A DNA stretch of 64,000 nt, taken from contig NZ_DATBTU010000075.1 in the NCBI RefSeq assembly GCF_036559085.1, positions 68,705 through 132,704 of the forward strand, given 5' to 3'. Positions within the stretch are counted from its first letter, which is position 1, and the number at the start of each line of letters is the position of its first letter. Shown piece after piece: positions 50,205 to 59,939 of the stretch. Under the pieces are notes generated by a model. It searched no databases. It was not told the origin of the DNA and saw nothing but the letters and a program-made list of their open reading frames with translations. The position numbers were made by a program, and so were the translations under genes. The DNA comes from Amnibacterium sp. (GTDB lineage: Bacteria > Actinomycetota > Actinomycetes > Actinomycetales > Microbacteriaceae).

Positions 50205-51736
50205 TCGTGGTCGACCGCATCCGCGGGCCGCTCGGGCGCATCCCGATGGCGCGGCTCGTGCTGATCTGCCTCGCGGCGATCGCCCTCGTCGCCGTGATCG
50301 CCTCGATCCCGCACTGGATCGGCTACCCGACGGCGGGCCTCGTGAGCAGCCTCGTCGTCGCGCTCGTCGCAGCCCGGCTCGCGGCAGCGCTGATGGGCGC
50401 GATCTCCCGCGCGCCGGTGCACGGCACCTCGTCCCTGATCACCGGGCTGATCCTCTTCCTGCTGCTCTACCCCTCGACCAAGCCCGTGGACCTCCTGCTG
50501 CTCGCGGCCGCCGCGATCGTCGCCGCCGCGTCGAAGTACCTCGTGACCGTCGGCGGCCGGCACGTGCTGAACCCGGCCGCGGCAGGGGCCTTCGTCGTCG
50601 GGCTGACCGGCCTGTCGGGCGGGGTCTGGTGGGTCGCGAACCCGGTGCTGCTGCCGCTCGTGGCCGTCACCGGGCTGCTCGTCGCCGTGCGGGTCGGCGC
50701 CGTGCTGCCGGCCCTCGTGCTCGTGGCCGCCGGGGCGCTGCTCGAGTCCACGGCCTCCGTCGCGCAGGGCGCGGAGCCGCTGGCGGCGGTCACGGTCGCG
50801 CTGACGAGCACCCCGCTGGTGTTCCTCGCCGGCTTCATGTTCACCGAGCCCGTCACCCTGCCGCCCCGCACCGGCCAGCGGATGCTCGAGGCCGGCCTCA
50901 TCGCCGTGCTGCTCGCGGTGCCCTACGTGCTGCCGTTCCGGGTGGCCACGTTCGGCCCGAGCCCGGAGCTCACGCTGCTGCTCGGCAACGTGCTCGCCGT
51001 GCTGCTCGCCCGTCCCGTCGCGGCGCAGCTGCGCTTCGCCGGCCGCCGCCCGCTGACCGCGAGCGCCACCGAGTACGCGTTCACGCCGGACAGCCCGGTG
51101 CTGCACCGCGCCGGCCAGTACCTCGAGCTGCAGCTGCCGCACCGCGGCGCGGACCGGCGCGGCATCCGGCGCACCCTCACGATCGTGTCGCCGCCAGGCG
51201 ATCCGGCGCTGCGCGTCGCGGTGCGCACCCGGGAGCCGATGTCGAGCTTCAAGCAGGCGCTCGACGTGCTGCCGCTCGGCAGCCCGGTCCGTGCCGTCAC
51301 GGTGTCGGGGGCGTTCACCCTGCCGGACGACCGGTCGACGCCCCTGCTGCTCGTGGCGAGCGGGATCGGCATCACTCCGTTCGTGAGCCAGCTGGAGGCG
51401 GAGCGGGCGGCGATCGCGGCCGGCGAGGCGCCGCGCGACGTGCTCCTCGTCGACCGGGTGGCCACCGGCGAGGACCTGCCGTACCGGGACGTGCTCGTGG
51501 CGAGCGGCGTCCGCGTGCTCGTCGTCTGTCCCGACCCCGGCACGCTCGGCGGCTTGCCCGAGCACTGGCACGTGGCGCAGCGGTTCGATGCCGCGGCGCT
51601 CGCCGCGGTGCTCCCGGAGCCGCGGCGGCGGATCGCGTACGTCTCCGGATCGCCGGCGTTCATCGCCCGCGCCCGCTCCGTGCTCCGCGCCGCGGGGGTG
51701 CGCCGCATCCGGACCGACGCCTTCGCCGGGTACTGA
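50201..51736 (+). CDS. RnfD/NqrB-like membrane domain fused to a ferredoxin-NADP-reductase-type FAD/NAD(P) domain
   Basis: N-terminal ~270 aa hydrophobic with SKY...RHVLNPAA and FMFTEPVT (NqrB/RnfD-like). C-terminal RTLTIVS, ASGIGITPF, YVSGSP (FNR family). Confidence 0.85.
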   Translation: MIVVDRIRGPLGRIPMARLVLICLAAIALVAVIASIPHWIGYPTAGLVSSLVVALVAARLAAALMGAISRAPVHGTSSLITGLILFLLLYPSTKPVDLLLLAAAAIVAAASKYLVTVGGRHVLNPAAAGAFVVGLTGLSGGVWWVANPVLLPLVAVTGLLVAVRVGAVLPALVLVAAGALLESTASVAQGAEPLAAVTVALTSTPLVFLAGFMFTEPVTLPPRTGQRMLEAGLIAVLLAVPYVLPFRVATFGPSPELTLLLGNVLAVLLARPVAAQLRFAGRRPLTASATEYAFTPDSPVLHRAGQYLELQLPHRGADRRGIRRTLTIVSPPGDPALRVAVRTREPMSSFKQALDVLPLGSPVRAVTVSGAFTLPDDRSTPLLLVASGIGITPFVSQLEAERAAIAAGEAPRDVLLVDRVATGEDLPYRDVLVASGVRVLVVCPDPGTLGGLPEHWHVAQRFDAAALAAVLPEPRRRIAYVSGSPAFIARARSVLRAAGVRRIRTDAFAGY

Positions 51737-51749
51737 GTACGCTCGCCCC

Positions 51750-53018
51750 GTGAGCGGGAGCGGCGGCCGGCGGAGTCGCCCCCTCGGGCTCGTGGTCCTC
51801 ATCGCCGCATTCGTGCTGCTGCACGGGCTGCTCGGCGTCGCCGGGCTCGTGCCTGGCCTCGGGGGCCCCTGGGCCGACCCGACTCCGTTCGGCGACGTGA
51901 TCAGCGTCTACCGCTTCTGGATCGACTACTGGCACCAGAACGGGCAGCTCGTCGGCATCGACACCCCGTGGGTCTACCCGCTGCTCGCGCTCGTGCCGAT
52001 GCTCGCGGTGTCGGTCGCGGGCGACGCCGCCTACGGGCCCGTCTGGGTCGTGCTCGTGACGCTGCTCGACGTCGGCGCGCTGGTGCTCGTCGCCCGGCGC
52101 AGCCGCCGGCTCGCGTGGTGGTGGGTGCTGTTCACCGCCTGCCTCGGCCCGGTCGCGATCGGGCGGATCGACGCGGTCGCGCTGCCGATCGCGATCGCCG
52201 GCGTGCTCGTGATCGGATCGCGACCCCTGCTCGCCACGGTGCTGCTGTCGGTCGCCACCTGGGTGAAGGTCTGGCCGGCCGCGGTCATCGCCGCGCTGCT
52301 CGTCGCGGGCAAGCGGACCGCCGCCGTGATCACCGGCGTCGCGTTCACCTCCGCCGTCGTGATCGGCGGAGCCGTCGCGCTCGGCGCCGGGCGCAACGTG
52401 TTCTCGTTCGTGGCCGCGCAGACCGGCCGCGGGCTGCAGGTCGAGGCGCCGGTGACCGGCCTCTGGCTGATCGACGTGCTGCTGCGGGTGCCCGGCGCAT
52501 CCGTCTACTACGACCGGGACATCCTCACCTTCCAGGTGGCGGGCGTCGGCGTCACGCAGACCGCGGCGGTGATGACGGCGGTGCTCGCGGTCGGGGCGCT
52601 GATCGTGCTCGGGCTGGCCCTGCTCGCCCGGCTCCGCGGCGGTCGGGACGAGGACGTCGTCGCGCTCACCGCGTTCGGCCTCGTCTCCGCGTTCCTCGCC
52701 CTGAACAAGGTCGGCTCGCCGCAGTACCTCACCTGGTTCGTCGCGCCGATCCTGCTCGGCCTCCTCACGACCCGCCGGTTCCGCTTCCCGGCGATCGTCG
52801 TGCCGATCATGGCCGTGCTCACCCAGCTGGTGTACCCGTGGGGCTACTCGCTCGTCGTGAACGCGGCGCCGATCGGCATCATCGTGCTCGAGCTGCGCAA
52901 CCTGCTCGAGGTCGTGCTGCTCGCCTGGACGATCGGCGCGCTGCTGCGCACGCGCGCCGAGACGACGCCGGGCACGCGGCCGCAGCCCGAGCGCCTGCCG
53001 GACCGCGCGCTGTCCTGA
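51750..53018 (+). CDS. Glycosyltransferase family 87 (DUF2029), polyprenol-P-mannose-dependent
   Basis: WVYPLLA, GRID, WVKVWP, RGLQVE, NKVGSPQY; multi-pass membrane protein. Confidence 0.85.
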   Translation: MSGSGGRRSRPLGLVVLIAAFVLLHGLLGVAGLVPGLGGPWADPTPFGDVISVYRFWIDYWHQNGQLVGIDTPWVYPLLALVPMLAVSVAGDAAYGPVWVVLVTLLDVGALVLVARRSRRLAWWWVLFTACLGPVAIGRIDAVALPIAIAGVLVIGSRPLLATVLLSVATWVKVWPAAVIAALLVAGKRTAAVITGVAFTSAVVIGGAVALGAGRNVFSFVAAQTGRGLQVEAPVTGLWLIDVLLRVPGASVYYDRDILTFQVAGVGVTQTAAVMTAVLAVGALIVLGLALLARLRGGRDEDVVALTAFGLVSAFLALNKVGSPQYLTWFVAPILLGLLTTRRFRFPAIVVPIMAVLTQLVYPWGYSLVVNAAPIGIIVLELRNLLEVVLLAWTIGALLRTRAETTPGTRPQPERLPDRALS

Positions 53019-53024
53019 ACGACG

Positions 53025-53056
53025 GATCGCGCGGAAGCCGAGGCCTCCGCGCGATC
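53025..53056. terminator. Hairpin between convergent genes
   Basis: GATCGCGCGGA / TCCGCGCGATC, 11-bp stem. Confidence 0.6.
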
Positions 53057-53081
53057 GCGTGCTGGTTCCGGATGCGACCGG

Positions 53082-53735
53082 TCAGTCGGTCTGGAGCAGG
53101 ATCCCGTCCTGGATCGCGCGCTTCCGCAGCGCGACCTTGGTGCCGACGTCGAAGCCCGCGACCCGGTACTTCTCGCGGATGCGCTTGAGGTAGGACTTCG
53201 CCGTCTCCTCGGAGATGCCGAGCTCGTAGGCGACGGTCTTCACCGGCTCGCCGCCGCCGTAGAGGGCCATGACGCGGCGCTCCTGCGCGGACAGCTTCGG
53301 GGATCCGCCGACGTCGCCGGAGTTGATCGCGAGGTCGAGCTCGGCGGAGATGTAGGCCTCGCCGCGGTGGGCGGCGCGGATCGCGTTGACGATCATCGAC
53401 ACGTCTTCGCTCTTCGGCACGTAGCCGAGCGCGCCGGAGGCGAGCGCCTCGCGCACGATGTTCGGCTCCGTGTAGCTCGACATGAGCACCGTCGAGACGC
53501 CGGTCTGCTTCAGCTGCGCGAGGCGCAGGGAGACGGGCGTGTTGTCCTTCAGGTCGACGTCGAGCAGGACCACGTCGACGGGGAAGCCGGGGTGCGCGAG
53601 CAGCTCGGGGAAGGTGGTCACGGCGGCGACCAGCTGGATGTCGGAGGCGGCCCCGCGGATCCACTCGGTGAGGGCGCCGAGGAGCATCTTGTGGTCGTCG
53701 ACGAGGGCGAGGCGGATGGTGCCGGAGTCGGTCAC
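53082..53735 (-). CDS. NarL/LuxR-type response regulator (canonical receiver)
   Basis: LVDDH, VLLDVDL (phosphoacceptor Asp), LMS, YVPK; C-terminal HTH LSAQERRVM...ISEETAKSYLKR. Confidence 0.92.
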   Translation of the reverse strand: MTDSGTIRLALVDDHKMLLGALTEWIRGAASDIQLVAAVTTFPELLAHPGFPVDVVLLDVDLKDNTPVSLRLAQLKQTGVSTVLMSSYTEPNIVREALASGALGYVPKSEDVSMIVNAIRAAHRGEAYISAELDLAINSGDVGGSPKLSAQERRVMALYGGGEPVKTVAYELGISEETAKSYLKRIREKYRVAGFDVGTKVALRKRAIQDGILLQTD

Positions 53736-53778
53736 GGGGGGTCCTTTGCTTGCGCCGTGGGGGGGCGGACGGGCGGGG

Positions 53779-55086
53779 TCAGCGCTCGGCGGGCTTCTCG
53801 ACCACGCAGTCGATCTCCACGCAGAGGCTGCCACCGCGCTGGGAGTCGATGTGGCGTCCGACCTTGCGCATAGCGTCCCACGTGGCCGGGTCGACGCGGC
53901 TGCGCGCCACGCCGGTGGTCTGGATGACGATCGGCACCCGCATCGTCTTCGCCTTGCCCTCGACGGGCTTCGCCGGGCCGACCGTGATCTCGATCGCGAC
54001 GCGGGTCGCGCTGCGGCGGGACCGCTCGGGGGTGTCGCCGAGCATGAGCCAGACCGCCTGCAGCAGGGCGTCGCGCTGCTTCGGGTCGAGCAGGCCGGCG
54101 AGCGACTCCGGGTCGGACAGCGTGACGGCGCGGCCGAGCAGCTCGGACTCGCTGATCGCGTGGTAGAGCCAGGTCTGCCTGCGCCCCTCGATGAGGTGCA
54201 GGCGCAGCTCGGTCGCGAGCTCGGCCGCCGCCTGCGCCGAGGCGGGGTTCAGGGGGAGCCGGGTGCGGCCCGTGGCGACGGAGTCGAGCAGCTGCTCGGC
54301 GGCGAGGTCGAGGCGGGCGAGCTCCTCGGAGGCGAGCATCCCGACCGCGAACCTGGGCGCGGAGACGGTGGACTGCACGAGCACGCGCTCGAGCTCGCGG
54401 CCGACGATCCGCCGGAACGAGTGCACGATCAGGGCCGCGATCACCGGCGGCAGCACCGCGCGGCCGATCATCGCGACGGCGGACTCGAGGCCGCCCTCGG
54501 GCACGGGGGAGCCGGCCCACGACGCGAGCACGAGGACGGCGAGCACGAGGCCCAGGCCGCCGGCGGCGAGGATGACGCTCCGGCTGGACCGCACGCCGAC
54601 CATCGCCAGCAGCACGAGCGCCGTCGCAGGTGCAGCGGTGAGATCACGGGCGAGGTCACCGCCGCCCCAGACCGCGAGTGCGTCGAGCGCCACGACACCG
54701 CCGAGGCCGCCGACCAGGGCGCCGCCGATCCAGGGGCTGAGGGTGTCGCCGGCGGAGCGCGAGGCGAAGGCGAGGCCGACGAGCAGGCCCGCGAGCAGCA
54801 GCCAGGCCAGCGCGGCGAGCCCCGGCGCCGGATAGCTGCGCCACTCGAAGGCGAACCGCCCGATGTCGAAGCACAGCAGCAGCACCGCCATGATCGTGGC
54901 GGCGATGCCGAGGAAGCCGGTCCCGAGGCTCGTGCGCGCCGGGCGGGGGCCCGCCTCCGCCCGCGGCAGCCGGAGCGCGGGAAGGCGCCGGACGACGTCG
55001 TCGCGGTCCGCGGTGGCGGTGCGGTGGGCGCGCCGAGGGGCGAGGATCGACGCGACGGCGACGTCCTGCTCGGGGGCGACGGTCAT
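53779..55086 (-). CDS. Membrane protein resembling a degenerate histidine kinase (pseudokinase)
   Basis: Six TM segments, then a coiled-coil/DHp-like region without His and a GHKL-like region without N or G boxes; layout parallels the upstream kinase. Confidence 0.6.
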   Translation of the reverse strand: MTVAPEQDVAVASILAPRRAHRTATADRDDVVRRLPALRLPRAEAGPRPARTSLGTGFLGIAATIMAVLLLCFDIGRFAFEWRSYPAPGLAALAWLLLAGLLVGLAFASRSAGDTLSPWIGGALVGGLGGVVALDALAVWGGGDLARDLTAAPATALVLLAMVGVRSSRSVILAAGGLGLVLAVLVLASWAGSPVPEGGLESAVAMIGRAVLPPVIAALIVHSFRRIVGRELERVLVQSTVSAPRFAVGMLASEELARLDLAAEQLLDSVATGRTRLPLNPASAQAAAELATELRLHLIEGRRQTWLYHAISESELLGRAVTLSDPESLAGLLDPKQRDALLQAVWLMLGDTPERSRRSATRVAIEITVGPAKPVEGKAKTMRVPIVIQTTGVARSRVDPATWDAMRKVGRHIDSQRGGSLCVEIDCVVEKPAER

Positions 55087-56291
55087 CGGGGAACCTCCAG
55101 GACCACGGTCGTCCCGGAGCCCTGGGCCGAGAAGACGCGGGCGTTGCCGCCCATCTCGGTCAGGCGGGCGACGATCGACTCCCGGTAGCCGAGCTTGCCG
55201 GCCGGGACGGCTGCGGGTTCGAATCCGACCCCGTTGTCGGTGACCAGCGCGCGGACCGTGGTCTCGTCGTCGGTGATCGTGACGTGCGCCTCCTTGACGC
55301 CGGAGTGTCGGCGCACGTTCTCGAGGCACTCACCGAGCGCCAGCAGGAAGCGGTCGAGCTTCTGCGGCGGCAGCGACACGGACGTCGCGCCGTGCCAGCT
55401 GACCTCGAGGCCGAGGCGCTCGAACCGCTGGCGGACGCTCTCCAGCGAGTCACCCGGGTCCGCAGTCGCGCCGTCGCTGGTGCCCTCGTCGTCAGCGGAG
55501 GGGCCCGAGACGACGCTGAGCGGCGAGGCCGAGAGGCGCAGCTGGCGCAGCAGGCGCGCGTCGTCGCCGGCCTGGCGCCGCAGCGCGTCGCGGCTGACGC
55601 CGACGCCGGAGTGGGCGAGCAGGGTGAGGGTGGCGAGCACGGTGTCGTGCAGCAGGCGCGCGCCCTGGCGGCGCTGCGCCTCGGTCTCGCTCGCCTGCCG
55701 CTCGCTGCGGTGCGCGCGGCCGATCGAGGAGACGCGGCGGGCGGCTCGCAGCAGGCCGGCGGACAGCACCGCGCCGGCGGCGACGAGGCCGCTCCATCCG
55801 GCGATCGTGGAGAGGGCGGCGAGGCCGAGCAGCGTCTGGCCGGCGAAGACGACGACCACGACGATCATGGTCACCGCGAACGCGCCGACCAGCACGAGCA
55901 TGCGGCCGAGGCTGATCGTGAGCAGCACCGCGGCGGCGGCGATCGCACCGGAGGTGAGCACCCGCATCGCGTCGGCGAGGGGCAGCGGCAGCTCGGCGGT
56001 GCCGGCGAGCCCCGTCCAGCCGGTGAAGGCGCCCGCGGCCTCGCAGCGCAGCAGGATGACGGCGGCGAGGCCGAGCACGATGGTGGCGATCGGCCACTCG
56101 ACGGCCTTCGTCTGCCCCATCCGCACCTGCGCGCCCGCCAGCAGCGCGAAGAACGGCAGCGCGAGCAGCAGCGCCGGGAGCGTCATGCCGCCCAGCACGA
56201 GCAGCAGGAACGCGACGACGGTGGAGGTGAGCCCGATCAGCCGGGCGCTCTCGGCGAGGAGCCGGTCGCGTTGCTTGAGGATGCGTTCCAT
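55083..56291 (-). CDS. Sensor histidine kinase (HisKA_3/NarX-like class)
   Basis: H box ARLLHDTV, N box ECLENVRRHS, G1 TDNGVGF, GSGTTV. Alternative start at 56348. Confidence 0.9.
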   Translation of the reverse strand: MERILKQRDRLLAESARLIGLTSTVVAFLLLVLGGMTLPALLLALPFFALLAGAQVRMGQTKAVEWPIATIVLGLAAVILLRCEAAGAFTGWTGLAGTAELPLPLADAMRVLTSGAIAAAAVLLTISLGRMLVLVGAFAVTMIVVVVVFAGQTLLGLAALSTIAGWSGLVAAGAVLSAGLLRAARRVSSIGRAHRSERQASETEAQRRQGARLLHDTVLATLTLLAHSGVGVSRDALRRQAGDDARLLRQLRLSASPLSVVSGPSADDEGTSDGATADPGDSLESVRQRFERLGLEVSWHGATSVSLPPQKLDRFLLALGECLENVRRHSGVKEAHVTITDDETTVRALVTDNGVGFEPAAVPAGKLGYRESIVARLTEMGGNARVFSAQGSGTTVVLEVPR

Positions 56292-56471
56292 GACTTCCGC
56301 TGCGGGTGTCGACGCGCGGCCGCGGGGGTGCGGGGCGCGAGTCGTCATGGAAACACACACCGTGCCCCGGACAGGGGGTGCCGCGCCGGTTGAAGGTTTT
56401 GCGTTTCCCATCCGGTACCCGAGCGCGTCGGCGGATGCAGGCACCCATCGCGCGGATCCGGAGTTCCTGCG

Positions 56472-56509
56472 CGACACGCCGTCCGCGGCGCTCGAACTGC
56501 GGCGTGTCG
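56472..56509 (-). terminator. Hairpin downstream of the second response regulator
   Basis: CGACACGCCG / CGGCGTGTCG, 10-bp stem. Confidence 0.5.
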
Positions 56510-56547
56510 TCCGGTTTCTCCGGAACGGCGCGATCAGCGCGGCGCGA

Positions 56548-57282
56548 TCACTCGGGCGGGATCCAGCCCTCACGGATGGCGTGGCGGCGCAGCAGCAGCT
56601 TCGTGCCGAGGTCGACGCCGGCCGCCCGGTACTTGCGACGGCCGCGCTTGATGTAGCTCTTCGCGGTCTGGTCGGTCGTCGCCATGTGCAGGGCCACCTC
56701 GTGCACGCTGCGGCCGCCCGCGTACAGCTGCAGCGCCATGAGCTCCTGCTTGCCGAGGCTCGGATCCGCGCGGTTCGCGTACTCCTCGAGCGCCGCGGCG
56801 ACCGCGGGGGAGCGGTGCTGCCGCCCGTGCGCCACGTCGTGCACCGCAGCGACCAGCTCGTCGGCCGACTCGGTCTTCGCGACGAACGCCGCCGCACCCG
56901 CGGACAGGGCCGCGTGCACGGTGGCCGGGTCGCCGGAGCGGGCGAGCACGACGACGGGGACATGCGCCTCCTCGAGCGACTTCAGCTTCTGGTCGAACGG
57001 CACGCCGTCCTCGAGGTTGTACTCGACCACGACGACGTCGACGGGGAAGGCCGGATGCGTGAGCAGGTCGTCCCAGCGGGTGAGCGCTGCCGTCACATCG
57101 ATGCGGCTGCGGGCCGCGCCGAGCCGCGCGGCGAGCCCCTCGACGAGGAGGCGGTGGTCGTCGACGATCGCGATCCGCACCCGGTGGGTGCCGGCACCGT
57201 TGCCGTCGAGCGGGCGCCGATGCGCGGACAGCGGATGCGTGTCGGCCGTCATCGTGCCGATCCGCTGCTCCTCGATCGTCAT
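56548..57282 (-). CDS. NarL/LuxR-type response regulator, atypical receiver (Asp to Glu)
   Basis: IVDDH, VVVEYNL at the phosphoacceptor position, VLARS at the Ser/Thr position, FVAK; HTH LGKQELMAL...TAKSYIKR. Confidence 0.9.
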   Translation of the reverse strand: MTIEEQRIGTMTADTHPLSAHRRPLDGNGAGTHRVRIAIVDDHRLLVEGLAARLGAARSRIDVTAALTRWDDLLTHPAFPVDVVVVEYNLEDGVPFDQKLKSLEEAHVPVVVLARSGDPATVHAALSAGAAAFVAKTESADELVAAVHDVAHGRQHRSPAVAAALEEYANRADPSLGKQELMALQLYAGGRSVHEVALHMATTDQTAKSYIKRGRRKYRAAGVDLGTKLLLRRHAIREGWIPPE

Positions 57283-57337
57283 GCGGTCCCTCCCGGCGCC
57301 CATCGTAGGGCGAAGGACGCCCCCGGGGGCGCGCCGT

Positions 57338-58543
57338 TCAGAGGCTCAGCAGGCGGGCGATCGAGCGCCCCACGGCCTCGCGCTCGATGAGGAACGCGTC
57401 GTGCCCGAAGGGGGACTCCAGCACGATCGGGCGCGGTCCGTCGACCGTCGTCGGGACCGCCCGCGCGATCCGCTCCTGGTCCGCGACGGGGTAGAGCCGG
57501 TCCGAGTCGATGCCGAGCACGAGCGTCGGGGCGCTGATCGTCGCGAGGGCGGCCTCGACGCCGCCGCGGCCCCGGCCGACGTCGTGGGAGCTCATGGCGT
57601 CGACGAGGCGGATGTAGCTGTTCGCGTCGAAGCGGCGCGGGAACCGGTTGCCGTGGAAGTCGAGGTACGACTCGACCGCGAAGCGGCCGTGCGCGCCGAG
57701 GGGGGAGACGTCGCTCTGCCACGAGCGGCCGAACCGCTCGTTCAGCTCACCCGCGCTGCGGTAGTTGAGCAGGGCCATCCGTCGGGCGAGCGCGAGGCCG
57801 CGGTGCGGCCCCTCGCCGTCGGGGGCGTCGTAGTAGTCGCCGCCCCGGAAGCGCGGGTCCGAGCGCACGGCCTCGGTCTGCACCGAGTTGAGGGCGATCT
57901 GGTCCGCGGTCGACGCGGGCGGCGCGGCGAGCACGGCGACCCGCCCCACCCGATCGGGCAGCCCGATGGCCCACTCGAGGGCGTGCATCCCGCCCATCGA
58001 GCCGCCGAGCACCGCGGCGAAACGGTCGATGCCGAGCGCGTCGGCGAACGCGGCCTGCGCGGCGACCTGGTCGCGGATGGTGAGGAAGGGGAACCGGCCG
58101 CCCCACTCGACGAGGTCGGGGCCGAGTGACGCCGGGCCGGTCGTGCCCTGGCAGCCGCCGAGGATGTTCGGGGCGACGACGAACCAGCGATCGGTGTCGA
58201 TCGGGAGGCCGGGCCCCACCATCCCGGCCCACCACCCCGCCGTCGGCTGGCCGGGTGCCGCCGGGCCGACGACGTGCGCGTCGCCGGTGAGCGCGTGCAG
58301 GACGAGCACGGCGTTGTCGCGCGCCGCGTTCAGGGTGCCCCACTGCTCGTACGCGATCCGCACGTGCGGCAGCGAACCGCCGACCTCGAGGGGGAGGTCG
58401 CCGATCGGGACGAAGCGGCGGTCGGCGACCGGATCACCCTCCCGCCAGGCGCCGCTCGCGGGCGGCTTGCCGATCAGCTGGCGCGCATCCGCGTCCGTGA
58501 TCGGCCGCGCCGCCTCGGAGTCCTCCGACGTCTGCCAGTCCAT
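57338..58543 (-). CDS. metX: Homoserine O-acetyltransferase
   Basis: LVLHALTGDAH, GGCQGTTG, GGSMGG, RFDANSY, FGHDAFL. Confidence 0.95.
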   Translation of the reverse strand: MDWQTSEDSEAARPITDADARQLIGKPPASGAWREGDPVADRRFVPIGDLPLEVGGSLPHVRIAYEQWGTLNAARDNAVLVLHALTGDAHVVGPAAPGQPTAGWWAGMVGPGLPIDTDRWFVVAPNILGGCQGTTGPASLGPDLVEWGGRFPFLTIRDQVAAQAAFADALGIDRFAAVLGGSMGGMHALEWAIGLPDRVGRVAVLAAPPASTADQIALNSVQTEAVRSDPRFRGGDYYDAPDGEGPHRGLALARRMALLNYRSAGELNERFGRSWQSDVSPLGAHGRFAVESYLDFHGNRFPRRFDANSYIRLVDAMSSHDVGRGRGGVEAALATISAPTLVLGIDSDRLYPVADQERIARAVPTTVDGPRPIVLESPFGHDAFLIEREAVGRSIARLLSL

Positions 58544-58566
58544 GTCCCGCCCAGTATGGATGCGCT

Positions 58567-58609
58567 GGAAGGGGCGCCCCAGCTGTGTGACAGCGAGGGC
58601 GCCCCTTCC
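58567..58609 (-). terminator. 13-bp hairpin between metY and metX
   Basis: GGAAGGGGCGCCC / GGGCGCCCCTTCC, with an inner GCTGT/ACAGC stem. Confidence 0.6.
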
Positions 58610-58622
58610 GGATCGGATGGTC

Positions 58623-59939
58623 CTAGACCGTGGTCTCCTGGAAGGAGCGGGCGGCCTTCAGGCCGGCCTCGAGGTCCGCCTTCAGGTCGTCGATGTGCTC
58701 GAGCCCGATCGAGAGGCGCACGAGGCCCGGCGTGACACCGGTCGTCAGCTGCTGCTCGGGCGTGAGCTGCGAGTGCGTCGTCGAGGCGGGGTGGATGACG
58801 AGCGAGCGCACGTCGCCGATGTTCGCGAGGTGGCTGAACAGGTGCAGGCTCTCGACGAAGCGCCGGCCGGCGTCGACGCCGCCCTTCAGCTCGAACGACA
58901 CGACCGCGCCGACGCCCTTCGGGGCGTAGCGGTTCGCCGCGGCGTACCAGGGGCTCGACGGCAGGCCCGCGTAGTTCACGCTGGCGACGTCCTCGTGGTT
59001 CTCGAGCCACTCGGCGATCTCCTGCGTGTTCTGCACGTGCCGCTCGATCCGCAGCGACAGCGTCTCGATGCCCTGGATGAGCGAGAAGGCGGTGTCGGGG
59101 GAGACGGCGGCGCCGATGTCCCGGAGCAGCTGGACGCGCGCCTTGATGATGTACGCGATGCCGTCGCCGACGGCGGTCGTGTACGAGGCGCCGTGGTACG
59201 AGGGGTCCGGCTCGGTGAGGCCCGGGAACTTGTCGACGTGCTCGCTCCACTTGAAGCGGCCGCCGTCGACGATCGCGCCCGCGACCACGGTGCCGTGGCC
59301 GCCGAGGAACTTCGTCGCCGAGTGCACGACGATGTCGGCCCCGTGCTCGAACGGGCGGATGAGGTACGGGGTCGCGATCGTGTTGTCGACGATCAGGGGG
59401 ATGTCGTTCTCGTGCGCCACGTCGGCGACGGTGCGGATGTCGAGGACGTTGATCCTCGGGTTGCCGATCGTCTCCGCGAAGAACAGCTTCGTGTTCGGCC
59501 GCACGGCCGCGCGCCACGCCTCGGGGTCGTCCTGGTCCTCGACGAAGGTCGTCTCGATGCCGAGCTTCGCGAGCGTGTACTTGAAGAGGTTGTAGGTGCC
59601 GCCGTAGATCGAGCTCGACGAGACGATGTGGTCGCCCGCCTGCGCGATGTTCAGCACGGCGAAGGTCTCCGCCGCCTGCCCGGAGGCCAGCAGCAGGGCC
59701 GCGGTGCCGCCCTCGAGGGCCGCGATCCGCTCCTCCACGACCGCCTGGGTCGGGTTCTGGATGCGGTTGTAGATGTTGCCGAACTCGGCGAGGGCGAAGA
59801 GGTTCTTCGCGTGGTCGGCGGAGTTGAAGACGTACGACGTCGTCTTGTAGATGGGGGTCGCCCGCGCGTTGGTCACGGGGTCGGGGGCTGCACCGGCGTG
59901 GATCTGCTCGGTCTCGAAGTGCCAGGAGTGCTCGGTCAT
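58623..59939 (-). CDS. metY: O-acetylhomoserine/O-acetylserine sulfhydrylase
   Basis: [41 protein letters not shown] (PLP Lys), [17 protein letters not shown]. Confidence 0.95.
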   Translation of the reverse strand: MTEHSWHFETEQIHAGAAPDPVTNARATPIYKTTSYVFNSADHAKNLFALAEFGNIYNRIQNPTQAVVEERIAALEGGTAALLLASGQAAETFAVLNIAQAGDHIVSSSSIYGGTYNLFKYTLAKLGIETTFVEDQDDPEAWRAAVRPNTKLFFAETIGNPRINVLDIRTVADVAHENDIPLIVDNTIATPYLIRPFEHGADIVVHSATKFLGGHGTVVAGAIVDGGRFKWSEHVDKFPGLTEPDPSYHGASYTTAVGDGIAYIIKARVQLLRDIGAAVSPDTAFSLIQGIETLSLRIERHVQNTQEIAEWLENHEDVASVNYAGLPSSPWYAAANRYAPKGVGAVVSFELKGGVDAGRRFVESLHLFSHLANIGDVRSLVIHPASTTHSQLTPEQQLTTGVTPGLVRLSIGLEHIDDLKADLEAGLKAARSFQETTV

